A stretch of 63,652 nucleotides of DNA, filler included, from Choristocarpus tenellus KU-1152 (Eukaryota > Protista > Phaeophyceae), in assembly GCA_964200185.2 (NCBI GenBank). It is 9 parts of 9 records of this genome, joined end to end, with 100 filler letters (N's around TTAATTAATTAA, not from the genome) between each part and the next. Parts side by side here need not be neighbours in the genome. Positions count along the whole stretch, not along the records: positions 27,449 to 31,050 come from CAXNAD020019016.1; positions 31,151 to 34,211 come from CAXNAD020022601.1; positions 34,312 to 38,792 come from CAXNAD020014359.1; positions 38,893 to 42,564 come from CAXNAD020018590.1; 5 more parts are not named here. The stretch is one strand, 5' to 3'. The first letter of the stretch is position 1, and the number at the start of each line of letters is the position of its first letter. A model generated the notes under the pieces. The model had not been told where the DNA came from. It saw only the letters and a program-made list of their open reading frames with translations, and searched no databases. Positions 27,449 to 39,199 of this stretch are shown here, piece by piece. The translations under genes and the position numbers were made by a program.

Positions 27449-27626
27449 TCTTCCTACTCCAAAATATTTCGGAGTAGGTAAAATGTATACGTTATTAAAA
27501 GGTGTGTCTGGAACAAGGATATTGACACTTCCTAACAAATACGACAGCCAAAATCACACCAAAACCGCAACATTGGACTTTGGCCCCCAAATGAACGCGG
27601 CTATACCCTCTAAGATACTTTGACCC
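27449..27626 (+). mobile_element. MITE family A, right two-thirds (truncated by contig start)
   Basis: Runs from the internal palindrome to CCCTCTAAGATACTTTGACCC. Confidence 0.88.
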
Positions 27627-28294
27627 ATTAGTATGTGGTAGAATGTGACATGGAAAATTTTGATGGCACCATGATGTGATGCATGTGTTTAGTTCTCAGG
27701 TAACCATTATACATTGGCAGGTGTTACTGGGAAAGTGGTGGCATGAAAACTAGGACCATTCCGTGAGACTTTGGGGTCTCCTGACTTTGAGCTGAAGGTT
27801 CCTTTACTCCAGTGGATGTTTTTTTAAGAGAGAAGTATGTTTCGTTCAGGGGTGGATGATATTCCTGGACTGGTGACCATGTCATCAAGTATAGCTACTT
27901 TGGATGGAAAACGCCACTTGCTGCATCCCTTGGTGACCTGTTTAGGATGGAAAGGTTTAGAATTTTCCTCGCCCCATTGGCTACGGTTTCCTGTCGGAGA
28001 TGAGGGGAGAACGAATGATGGATCAGATTATGAAAATTGTATTGTGGATAAAGAGAAAGCTTACAAGAAGAACCTGAAGCAGGAATTTGGAGTGCTGGTA
28101 CAGGAAGAGGGTGGTAAGGAGCGATGTCCATGTGAGTCAGAAGTTGTGCAAGTAAAGAAGACTTTTTTCTTGAAGTGTTGGAACCTCACTTGACTAATTT
28201 CACTATTCCTAGGCCTATCTCAACTGGGTAGATGGCGTTGCGATTATTGGCATTGATAAATTGAAATCACGATTGCAGAAAATATGGGCTACGC

Positions 28295-29280
28295 TTTTTT
28301 ACAACGATGACTTTGAGAATGCAGTTGGTGAGACGGAAAATGTGACTGTCTTGTATAGGGATAGCTCTGAGTCGAGATTCAGGTCAAATCGTATTGGGTT
28401 GTCCTTCAGTGTTTTTGAAGGTGGTGGATTAGATGTGGAAGGAAATTGGACAGATGCAGGAAATTGTGTCTTCTTTAGCCAACACGTTGATGTTGGCAAA
28501 AGTGAATAGTGCGTCTTAAGAGTTGAAAGAACGGTGATTTGTATGGGTGACACAAAAAGGAGCAAGAGGAAGGGTATCGAAATAGTTCGGGTTTGGGGGA
28601 AATGCAGTATGGGCCACAAGAAAGCAATCGTTTTCTCAGTGTGTAAGGGCTGCCCTCTTGTGCGAAATTTGATAGTTGAGGACGGGGTGAGCCTTGAGGC
28701 GACTGTTTGCCAAGCACTAGATAGCACCACGCCAAATGTATAAATTGTTATATGGATGTAACTTTACGTGTCTGTACGGGTTGATTATCTCAGAAAGGGG
28801 AGAACAGAAAATATGCATTCCTTTTTTGTCAACGATGGCTTTGAGAATACAGCTGGTGAGAAGCAAATTGTGACTGTCTTGTACAATAGGGATAGCTCTG
28901 AGTCAAGATTCAGGTCAACTCATTTTGGGTTTTCTGTCAACCCAGTTCAAGGTGGTGGTAGATTTGGAAGAAAAATGGACAGATGCAGAAAATTGTGTGC
29001 TCAGCGAAGACGTTCTAATTGGAAAAAGTAAACAGTGAGTTTCAAGTGTTAAGAGAACAGTGGTTGTATGGTTGACGAAAAAAATATGGAAGGGTATCAA
29101 AAAGTTCAAGATATACCTCAACTTTAGTTTTCTCACTGTGTGAGGGTTGCCCTCTTTTATTATTATGCCCCCTGACATTTGCCCTCTTGTACAAAACTCG
29201 AGAGTTATCGACGGCGAAAGCCTAGAAGTGGCAGTATCTCAAAAACTAGATAACATTATGCCATATATTCCAAATGTTTC
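28295..29280. repeat. Diverged tandem duplication, period ~530 bp
   Basis: AACGATG(A/G)CTTTGAGAAT..GTGACTGTCTTGTA..GGGATAGCTCTGAGTC(G/A)AGATTCAGGTCAA at ~28302 and ~28831; similarity continues to ~28740 and ~29275. Confidence 0.85.
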
Positions 29281-31615
29281 TTCGCTTCTTCCTTAACTTG
29301 ATATTAGGAACAGTTCAACACCTTTGGCACATGATTCTAGATTTTTTTATAATATGACGGTATATCTTGAAACTTATTCTTGTCAAATAAATAAATGCAA
29401 CTCAACTGGTAGTAGATAAAAACGGTCTTGTAGAACCAAGGGAAAAGAATGCGAAATTACTGGAAGGATTATGGGGCGTTCTGTGCCTGTCTACATATAC
29501 ATTTTGTTTTATTTTTCAGTAGAGGGAAGGGAATTGCGTTTAGCATCCATGCATTCCAGAAATCCGACTTGAAAAGCATGAGTAATGATAGATTCTCCAA
29601 TGGGATTATGACCTGTTCACCATACTAATATTTTTTTGCATTGTTTTGTTGAGGTAGTGGTATGTATCAGGAAAGAGGGTTGGTGAAGGGTTTAGTGTTC
29701 CTGATCTATTTTTAAGATGTTGTTAAATCAACGTATCAGCAACACGTTTTCTTCACAAACGCTTTTTGACTATAGTGGAGTTTTCAGGGCTTGTGGACAG
29801 ATGAAAGGCACCGAAGTCTTCAACAAAAAACAAAATTGACTTCGTTTGGTGAAGCTATGGGAAGTATGCATGAAATACATACATGAGGAACGACCGTGAC
29901 TACTTCGCCCTGCAATAGTTTTCATAGAGTACATCCACAATTTGTTCAAAATGAGAATGATATTTGACAAGGTGTAGAATTTTGTTTGTGTAGTAGGATG
30001 GTGGATCCAGCCAGCACAGCTTTCTCTATGCCATTCTTCTGTATCATGTTCGTAAGAATCTGAGGAAAAAGCAAAATAGTACTGTCACTGCTATCATTCT
30101 GTTGTATCTCTTCCTTTCTCCTGATTTGTTCTCTCCACATCTGAAACTCCTTAAAGCATTATGTTCCGTCTTGTCTTCCAGTTCGTTGATGCTATTGTTT
30201 CTTCTTCTTCTTCTTAATTATTCTAATCTTCTTGCTTCTCCTCAATGCCGTTTCATTATTTGTGTGTTGTTTGGTGTTACATGCGCATGTACTTTCATTG
30301 CAACCACTTCCTCTAATACGATAATCTTATACTACTATTACAGTGTACGTAAGCACCTCCAGAAATTCGCCTTTTCAGATTCACAAAAAAACTTTGGAAG
30401 GGTTTAGGTTTAGTCAGCAGCAATTATGACTTGTACTGTTGGGGTAGTTGCATTAGCCATACTTACTGCCCAAGTGACACCTGATTTCTTTGTTGATGAG
30501 AAGTGACAAAATATGCTAAAAAAACTGGAGCAGTTTTAAGACTCAGGATCAACTCTGTTTAAAAAAAAAACTAGTTTTGTTTCCAGTCAACATAGTGTTG
30601 GCAGTCGCCTCCTGCATCAACTTTGTCGTGCCATAACTTTTGATCAACAACAAATTTTTCATGAAAATTCGTTTGTTATAATTGCATCACTGTGGTTAAC
30701 CCTATTTGATGGGTCTCGGTTGACTAACTTGCAGTAATCGTGAGAAATACAGGACGATACTTAAATCAAGTAGTCCGCGCACAAGGTTCGCACGGGGGTG
30801 CCACGCGGCGCGCACGAATCGCCCATTTAAGGATGATTTTGACGCCTGAAGAGGTCATCTTCACCCGGAGAACATGGACGTTGTTGTCTCTTCATTCCCT
30901 TTCCATTATTTCCCATTTGTGCGATGTTGCTACCTGCTGGCTATGGCTCAATCATGGTGACCCAGGCCTCTGAACCAGACAATCCATGCCAAGTCAAATG
31001 AGGTATTCTGAAGGTGCAGGTCTCCTGTGAGACTTAAGTGTCTTGTACACNNNNNNNNNNNNNNNNNNNNNNNNNNNNNNNNNNNNNNNNNNNNTTAATT
31101 AATTAANNNNNNNNNNNNNNNNNNNNNNNNNNNNNNNNNNNNNNNNNNNNACAGCACCAGAGCCCCCGCCCCCGCACCCACCCCCCCCCCCCCCCCCTCC
31201 CCCCCTCCCCCCCTCCCCCGCCCCTATTTTTTTCTTATTCTAGTAGGAGAGTATGTTCGCTATGCCCTCCCTCCGCCACAGAGCAACACATTTATATACT
31301 TTTTTGTTGATGTGCGGTGACCCGCCGTGAAGGAAAAAGAGAAAAAAAAGAGGATTTTATTCTTTTTTTATTTTTATTTTTATTTTTTTATTTTTATTTT
31401 TTTCTACGATCGTGATTCGCAATATAATAGACATACACGCCTGAGCAATACACAAGGAGAAACAAGTTCCTTCGTTAACATTTTTTTTTTCTTCTGCTGT
31501 TCTTGATGATGTAGCGTGATGTGTGTCCCCCCCCCTCCTCCCCCCTCCTTCCTCCCTCCCCTTGACAACATCATCATCATCATCATCGCCACCATCACTA
31601 CCATGGAACAAACAG

Positions 31616-32757
31616 TATGAGGTACAACGCCTGAGCAATGAGTTGGCGTCGCACACCAAGGTGGTCAAGCGCGAGCATCCCCTTGAGCCCATCATGCACC
31701 TGGTGGACGAGCTGGGCACAAGGGGCACACACATGGGTCGGACGGCGAGCATGGCAACAGCTTCGGCACTCAACAACTTGACTCCAGGAAAGCAGCGGGA
31801 TGAGCTGGCCCAGAAAATTATTGGAATGTTCAAGGTGTGCGTGTGGGCCAGGTCGTGGTTCTGACCCTAAGGAGGGGAGGGGAGGCGAGGGGATGGGATG
31901 GGATGGGATGGGATGGGATGGGATGGGATGGGATGGGATGGGAGGTGTTGTTGTAGATGCGTATAGGAGAGTGGGTTAACATTATATATTTTTTCATTAT
32001 TTTTGTAGTTTTGTTTTTTATTTTATCTTCAGATTATGGTGTAAGGGGTCCCAATACCAATTTTTTTGTTGTTGTCGTGGGCTCCGCGTTGTTGTTCCGA
32101 GGGGGTTCTGATTCAATATTTGTTTATATCATTTTTTTTGTCTTTGTATTGGGGTATCAGAAGGGGTTCCAAAACGTTTATTCTTATTATTGTCTTCACT
32201 TTGGTCAGAAGGGGTCCCGCGAAAAATTGTTCTTATTATTGTCGTTGTGTTGGTCAGAAGGGGTCCCAAAACATTTATTCTTATTGTCTTTGTATTGGTC
32301 AGAAGGGGTCCCAAAACATTTATTCTTATTATTTCTTCACATTGGTTGGAGGGATCCCAAAACTATGCATTTTTTTTGTTTCCTGTTCGGACTGGTTGGA
32401 GGGGTTCCAAAACCTGTTCTGGTTGAGATTCCTTAAAAGAATATAAAGCACCGACTATAACTGTACATATATATCATACAAAAAAACAAAAGGAAACGTA
32501 TAGACTAAAAACACTGAAAAAAACAAAAGGAAGAGTAACTTTCACATAAGCAACATTCACAGGGCAGCAGATAGTGATGTAGATGGTTTTTGTTGGAGGG
32601 GGGGGGGGAGGGAGGGGGAGGATCCTTGCTTCGGAGTATTTTTTTTATCAATTTTTAAATGCGCATGGCAGGCAAGACGGTGAGGAGAAAGCAATATATT
32701 TTTTTTAGGACAAAGATTACGTAGTTGAGTTTAGAGCACCTGGTCCGAGCCCCCCCC

Positions 32758-32791
<34 letters not shown>

Positions 32792-33305
32792 TTTTCCCTG
32801 TATTTAAATATTAATTCCTCAAATAGCTCATTTTNNNNNNNNNNTTTTTTTTTTCGGACAACAATTCCGTAGTTGATTTTAGGGGCCCTGGTCCGTCCCC
32901 CCCCCCCCCCCCCCCCCCCTAACTCCCGTGATTTCAATTTGGTATGAATATAAATACTACTCAGCAAAAGTAGTCATTTCTGCGAGCAAACGCACGGGTA
33001 CTGGTAACTAACGCACAGGAGTAGAGGGCAGTCAGTACTCATCTATTTGTTGACAGTTTTACTTTTGTGGTTGGAGCTGCGCAGTACACATTGTGTAACC
33101 CTACCCTAAACCCTAACCCTAACCATAACCCTAACCCTAACCATAACATAGCGTCCTCGATTCGCTTTCATTTTTTTTTTGAACGTTAGAATTGTATCAT
33201 CAGTTCAGGGTGTGGGGCCGCTCTGCAGGAAATAAACTAAGAAAAAGTATTACTACCTATCGTACCCTTTTATTTTTATTATTATTTTTATTACTGTTAA
33301 TATTA

Positions 33306-33349
<44 letters not shown>

Positions 33350-33870
33350 ATTATTTTTATTGTTATTTTTTATTGTTATTATTAATATTATTTTTATTTT
33401 TACTATTATTGGAGGTGATATTGTCACGGTGATTTTAAATGTTTTGGTGTGGTCGATCCTGACTTTTTTTTTGTCCCCTCCCTCCTCCCGTTCCATCCCC
33501 CTACACTGCCCGTCGCCAAATGCTTGTGTGCTGTGTGTGTCTTTGCCTGTACTGTGTTGTGTTGTGTGATCATACATTATGTTCATAATACATACATACA
33601 TGCCTACATACATGCCTACATACATGCCTACATACATGCATATATTTATACGTAAATGCCTACATACATAAATATATACATAAATGCATACATACATACA
33701 TACGTATGGATAGAACCCAGCAGAGCATGCAGATTACCTGACTTCTGTGATGTTTGCGAGGGACATGCTAAGGCTATGTGCACGTGCGGGTCCTATATTT
33801 GAGAACGAACCTCGATGCATCTTCATACAGTCTCCTGTCTATGTCTTTGGAGATATCCATGGCAACCTTG

Positions 33871-33872
<2 letters not shown>
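31616..33872 (+). CDS. PPP-family (calcineurin-like) Ser/Thr protein phosphatase; two internal exons
   Basis: Exon 31616-31834 (73 codons) and exon 33714-33872 (53 codons), both bounded by AG/GT in phase 0. The second reads ...[26 protein letters not shown], the GDxHG motif 1 of PPP phosphatases. It is absent from the ORF track. Confidence 0.85.
31889..31942. repeat. (GGGAT)n microsatellite
   Basis: Seen directly. Confidence 0.95.
32035..32415. repeat. Intronic minisatellite, ~45-50-bp unit, about 7-8 copies
   Basis: Recurrent TTGGTCAGAAGGGGTCCCAAAACATTTATTCTTATT. Confidence 0.85.
33097..33147. repeat. Interstitial telomere-like (CCCTAA)n tract
   Basis: AACCCTACCCTAAACCCTAACCCTAACCATAACCCTAACCCTAACCATAAC within an intron. 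Confidence 0.8.
33270..33410. repeat. (ATT)n low-complexity tract
   Basis: Seen directly; a similar tract lies at 40700-40905. Confidence 0.9.
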
Positions 33873-33903
<31 letters not shown>

Positions 33904-34311
33904 TGCGTGTTTATATTGTTGATTTTATGTTTTTTTTTTTAGTATTTGTGTATTTTACTCTTTGTATATATTTTTTAATTCTTATTTTCTCTTGATGTTA
34001 TATTTTACGAATTGGTGTGTGCCTGCCTGCCTGCCTGCCTGCCTGTGCGTGCGTGCACGTATGTTTTGTTTTTTGTGTGCTTTTGTGATTTTCATTTTTT
34101 TTTTGGAAATTCGTGTTTTCTTTTTCGATAAATGTTTTTATTTTTATTTTTATTGTTGGGGTGATTATTTTTTGTTGTGTTTTGTATTTTGTTGAACGTG
34201 TTTCAGTTTTTNNNNNNNNNNNNNNNNNNNNNNNNNNNNNNNNNNNNNNNNNNNNTTAATTAATTAANNNNNNNNNNNNNNNNNNNNNNNNNNNNNNNNN
34301 NNNNNNNNNNN

Positions 34312-34362
34312 GTATCAAGGAACAAACAGATGAGTAGCCTATGTTTTAACACCCCCTGTTCC
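34312..34362 (-). mobile_element. Polypurine tract and start of a 3' LTR
   Basis: Minus strand GGAACAGGGGG|TGTTAAAACATAGGCTACTCATCTG. The same LTR-edge sequence recurs at ~62230-62268 and, more diverged, at ~7290-7333. Confidence 0.6.
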
Positions 34363-34679
34363 AATACATAACTCTTGACCCCACAGAACTACTGCTCCCC
34401 CTCTATACGACCAGGTCCTATTCCCATGGACAGAGAGGTTGACCACACTCCTTGAGGTCCTCTTTACCAACTTCCACAGTATTGTTTTCTTCATCACTAC
34501 ACAACCATCTGGCAGACGCCGCAGTATAAGCATTGCAAATCCCGCCTCCCAAAAGATCACGCTGCCGTGGCCATTAACTTCGGCTCCCAACATCCACACA
34601 ACCACCAAGACCTGACACAATAAAATAATTTTTCAATCTATTGTTGACAGCGCTCCTGACCATTGTTTGGTGGTTGAGG

Positions 34680-36310
34680 GACACGAGGGAAGGGGGAAAT
34701 TTGGGGAAGGGAAGGATATGGGCTCACAGCACTATAATTTGTAGTGAAGACCGGAGTCAGGACAACGAGTTTGTCCAGAACGCTGTGGAGATCTTCCTCG
34801 GCAGCCACTTAATACCTTTGGCCCGAGAATATGGTCAGACCCTGGAGGTCCTCCACATCTGGTCCGATGGCTGTGGAAGCCAGTTTAAGAACCGTTGGCA
34901 GATGTAATGGGTTTCCCAAGCGATTGCGAGGATGGGGATTTCAGTAGTGCACAACTTCTTCTCCTCGTGCCATGGCAAATCCATGTCAGAGGGAGTTGGA
35001 GCTGTGGTGAAGTCAGCCGCCAGGAGGCTGGAGCTGAACGGGGTACGGATGCCAGGAACCTCGTCCTTGGTGGAGACAATAAAGGCCACCAGGACACAGT
35101 ATACGCTGAGGGATCCAACACCAGAGGAAGAGGGGCGCCTCCGTAGGTTCCTTCAGGACAGACTGTCGTCACCAAGGTCGGTACCCTCCCCCATCCACAC
35201 ACTGGACACATCCTCCCTTCTATTCCACACACATTATAATCTCCAACTAGTATCGACATTTCTTGGTATGTCCCCCTACTCTCCCTAAGTACAAAATCTC
35301 TCGAATCCCTAGCAACAAATTGTTATAACCCGTCCTCACAATCAGGGCATAAACACAAATGACAACTTGACTGATATGCACTTCTCCACAAACCACCACA
35401 CACGAGGAGTATCAACACATTCGTTCCAACATCCAACCCTGCGTGTGTTTCAGCCTCTAATGTTGGAAGCACACGAAAGACGATATGTCGTTGCCAAGTT
35501 TCTATCACCGTCTACACATCAGTATCATCATTAAAAAAAATCAATCCGGCTACACTATATTCAACATTGTTTTCTCGCGCGCTCGATCATTCCGCAACAC
35601 TGATGTCCTCGTACAAAACACAGTGAGCAGTATGCACATCTAAGTTTCCGCCACACGACAACACCATACCCCTTAGGAGTGGATAGAAAGTGACGACAGA
35701 GTGCACACCAAGACATTCGCTAAATTGCTCCAGAATGATACCATCAGGAGACAAGAGATCGTTTATCTCCCGGCTTACAAGATCGATCGGAAGGGACGAC
35801 ATGATCACATCGTCCCCCAGTTCAGCAGCACCAAGTCCATGGACAGGTTCTTCACCAGTGCTTGTGCCAACGGTAACTCATCCAAGGTCATGTACTCCGA
35901 GGTGACATGCTGTTGCAATAGCTGGTCAATTGGCAATCTCGCGGGCTGCAAGTGGCAGGGCACTCACGTGCCTGTACTGAAGGAGATCTACTTCGGATTT
36001 TCCCCGAGGACAACATGGGTGACATGTACCTTAGGAGCCATCTCTCTAGGAAGAAGAGGCAGCTCGCAGTGGGGAATGTATGCATTGTGCGGGCGGAACC
36101 TTCGGAATACAATGGGTTGGAGTTCCTGCCGTTCACTATTCACCAGAAGGAGACCGTGAAATGGAACGCAAGGGACCATTCCAGCTACGGAGGGATTACA
36201 GTGCTGGTGATGAAGTGGTGTTTGTGAGGGAAGACTTCGAGATGTTGACTGCGACTTTCGTCGATGGAGTGCCGACAGTTAGTTCGCCTCTCACGTGCGG
36301 ATCGGGTGAG
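34680..36310 (+). mobile_element. Sola2-like DNA transposase pseudogene, intron-containing
   Basis: Reads ICSEDRSQDNEFVQ..LHIWSDGCGSQFKNR, then one in-frame TAA at 34905-34907, then VHNFFSSCHGKSMSEGVGAVVK. This matches the Sola2 pattern SDG..QxKN..FF.T.HGK..DG.G..VK. After a probable intron (~35176-35699) comes a Cys-rich C-terminal part (STKSMDRF..VTCCCNSWSIGNLAGC) with frameshifts. The first catalytic Asp region is missing. Confidence 0.75.
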
Positions 36311-36809
36311 GTACATGAGATTCGACTAAATATTATTCTGTTGTAAATACTGTTGAAAAAAAAATGCGTCCAATTATTCTGAAACATAGAAATCACATAT
36401 GTTGGAGAATTTTACATTATATTCTAAATTATATTATTCTGTGTAAAATTTTTTCCCAAGTTTGTCATTGTTAATGTGCGTTTTTGGTTCATATTACCAT
36501 GGGCACGAAACCCCGCCAAACAACACCTATCACCTATCAACACTGTCTGTCTCTCACACGATCATCTTCAAGGTCTAACCCACTGCCCCAACCCCATCAA
36601 CACAAAAAACGTGATTGATCCGCAGGCCGCTCAACCAGGTCCCGTGTCGTCCCCCTTCAGGCTATCCTCTACCTTGACTTCACACACCTTCGTCGTAACA
36701 ACCTCGACGGTACCTACACCATCCTCCCTGGTCAATGCCAGAGATTCACTGCGGAATCCAATCGGCAATCCCTCGGCGGGATCCCTGTTCGCTTCTCAAG
36801 ACAACACAG

Positions 36810-37446
36810 ACGTGGAGACACATCCAATGCCAAGTTCGCCCGAGGCACCATTCCCATCCTATGCAGGAGTGGAGATGCTATCATCCGGGGGCAAGTCCGC
36901 GACGTTGACCATAGACGATTCCGGGGCATGTATCTACTCTGTGCGTTACCAAGGTGAACGTGGAGAGACCTCCTTGCCACCTGGGCTGAGGTCATTCATG
37001 ACAGAGGGCGAGATCGAGGAGGGGGTCGAATAACTACAGGAGAAGGAGAAAAAGGACAGCAATAAGACTGTAGCCCAGCGTGCCAACGAACGCAGGGAGC
37101 GGATGACTCTACAGGCAAACCGTAGACAGGAGGAGAAGGATACCAAGACATTCATCCTCCTAGAACTATCATTGAGGTTTGTGCCAGTTTTGGACGGGGA
37201 AGAAACACTTCATTCAAGAGCCAAGGGCAGGGACTGTACTTTCGGATGGACGATCAATGGATGCGAGGGACCATCACCAAATACCAGCCCCGCCATACGG
37301 AGCCAGAGCGAGAGCAGCGACTCAGCTACCCCTATGAGGTGAAATGGGAGAATGGCGAGGTGCGAAATATCCAGCTTCTTCAACAACAATACAGCACGGA
37401 GCCTAACACGGAGCCGAGAACCTGGTTCTGGAACAGTTCCATATGA
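36810..37446 (+). pseudogene. Decayed coding segment with one or two Tudor/SH3-like modules, probably a 3' exon or cargo of the Sola2-like element
   Basis: After an ACACAG acceptor: ..IYSVRYQGE.., an in-frame TAA (37031-37033), a charged helical stretch and a frameshift, then LYFRMDDQWMRGTITKY..YPYEVKWENGEVRNIQL..YSTEP..TWFW. Confidence 0.45.
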
Positions 37447-37960
37447 CCGTAACATGGAACAGAGGTTGCAGCGCGTCGGACGCACTCCAATCTTCTCTAA
37501 ATTCGTAGTCGTGTGTCACCCCCTCCCCTCATCCTTCCAGGACATCATGCCTCCCGTGGACATCCTGTCCTATCATAATGGAGGTCTGATGTGTGTTGTT
37601 GAGGCAGGGTTCATAATGCATTAAATTACATTGGGTGTTACGTCTATGTCGTTCCTTTTAGGTGTACGTGTGCTGCCTAACCTTAGGATATTGTATTGAT
37701 TTACTTATAGACGTTTAGAATCTGTTTCTTGGTCAATTATTTTCCTTACGACTACTTCTATATTACATGGTGCAGTTTGAAATATATGTATAGAATTTTA
37801 TCATCGGAAATATTTATTTTCCTCTGTGTGTTTTTGCTAGAAAAAGCACATGTTCTCACATCACAAAAAATAGAATAAACATCACCACAGCAAGAATTCG
37901 TCGCGTCCCCCTTCTAGTGTGGTCTTTTGTATGCGGCGTTCCTCTTTGTACCTTATATAT

Positions 37961-38142
37961 GGCTCAGAGTATCTCGGGGGGGTGGCGGCAGTTCATTTGG
38001 GGTCCATTTTTTCATGTCATGATTTTTTTGTGTAATTAGTTGCATATGTCGGATGGATAATGTAAGTGCATTTTTCCTGGTAATCGCCTAAAATGGACAC
38101 ACTGGTTAGACACCCCTCCCCCCCCCCCCCCCCCTTTGGGTC
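37961..38142 (+). mobile_element. MITE family B, full ~180-bp copy
   Basis: GGCTCAGAGTATCTCG(n)...AAATGGACAC..GAC(C)nTTTGGGTC; flanked by TAT(AT). Its ends match the partial copies at 1-59, 9955-9992, 12910-12978 and 27309-27348. Confidence 0.8.
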
Positions 38143-38892
38143 TATATGGACACAATAATCAAGGATCGCACATTCCCCTCTACTGCATAAGACGCTTTTT
38201 CCACATTGATATGACATGCCACACTCCACAAAGGACATAATTTACAGACCTCTAAAATTTACAAACGCGAATGTAATACACCTGTCGCCAACTCATCCCC
38301 TCGCATCCCCTAACTACAAAGAATTTGCACACATACTTATCCCTTCACAACCCTCCCAAATTGATGAGGCCCCCTCGATCAATTGACAAACACATATTGC
38401 TTAATGAGATGACAAACCCTAAATCCCTACCTCAAATACCATTAATCCTACTCGATGAAGATGATAAACCCGCAAGAGATGAACCAACTCATATCCACAC
38501 TTCACCACAAACCAACACCCCAAACACCCCACCCCAGAAAATCGACCCCCCAAAAGGCTACTTTTGCAACATCTAAGTGCTAAGTACATACGCTAGATGC
38601 CGACTATGCAATATTCCACTGAAAAAAGACCAACCCTCCACAACTAAAGACACTGGAATATGCCTTTTCCCCAACATTTTCATACCATTTTCCAACACTA
38701 TACAAATGCCCATTTGGTCGCCCCAGTGCAGACCCCCCTCCCCCCCCCCCCCCCCCCCCCCACCCCCCCACCCCCCCCACCCCAGCCCACCCNNNNNNNN
38801 NNNNNNNNNNNNNNNNNNNNNNNNNNNNNNNNNNNNTTAATTAATTAANNNNNNNNNNNNNNNNNNNNNNNNNNNNNNNNNNNNNNNNNNNN

Positions 38893-39157
38893 TGCGTCAC
38901 AGGCCTAATCGACCCCCCCTCAGTCTTCCCTGCCCCTGACAATATTTCTGAGTTGCCCTTGGTTGTGGGGGGGGGGGGGATGGCACCGTCTTGCTGAACA
39001 ATAACGTGCTTCCCCTGCAAACAAGGCACCTTGGTCTTGATTGCAGGCAGTAACTCCTCCGTGTACCACTTCCTGCACCACAAATGGTCTAAAGTACAGT
39101 CCTGCTCATACGCATCCCCCCCTTTATGGTTCTTGCTTGTCTCATCTGCCGTTTTTG

Positions 39158-39199
<42 letters not shown>

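Noticed and set aside
32035-32415. CRISPR-like array of GGTCAGAAGGGGTCCCAAAAC repeats
   Set aside because: The intervening segments resemble each other (TTATTCTTATT..), the repeats are degenerate, the array is inside a eukaryotic intron and there are no cas genes. It is a minisatellite.
33097-33147. True telomere
   Set aside because: Short, degenerate and located between two exons of one gene.
34905-37033. Stop-codon reassignment suggested by two in-frame TAA codons in the Sola2-like region
   Set aside because: The same region has frameshifts, and more than 40 host exons contain no in-frame stops. Ordinary pseudogenisation explains it.
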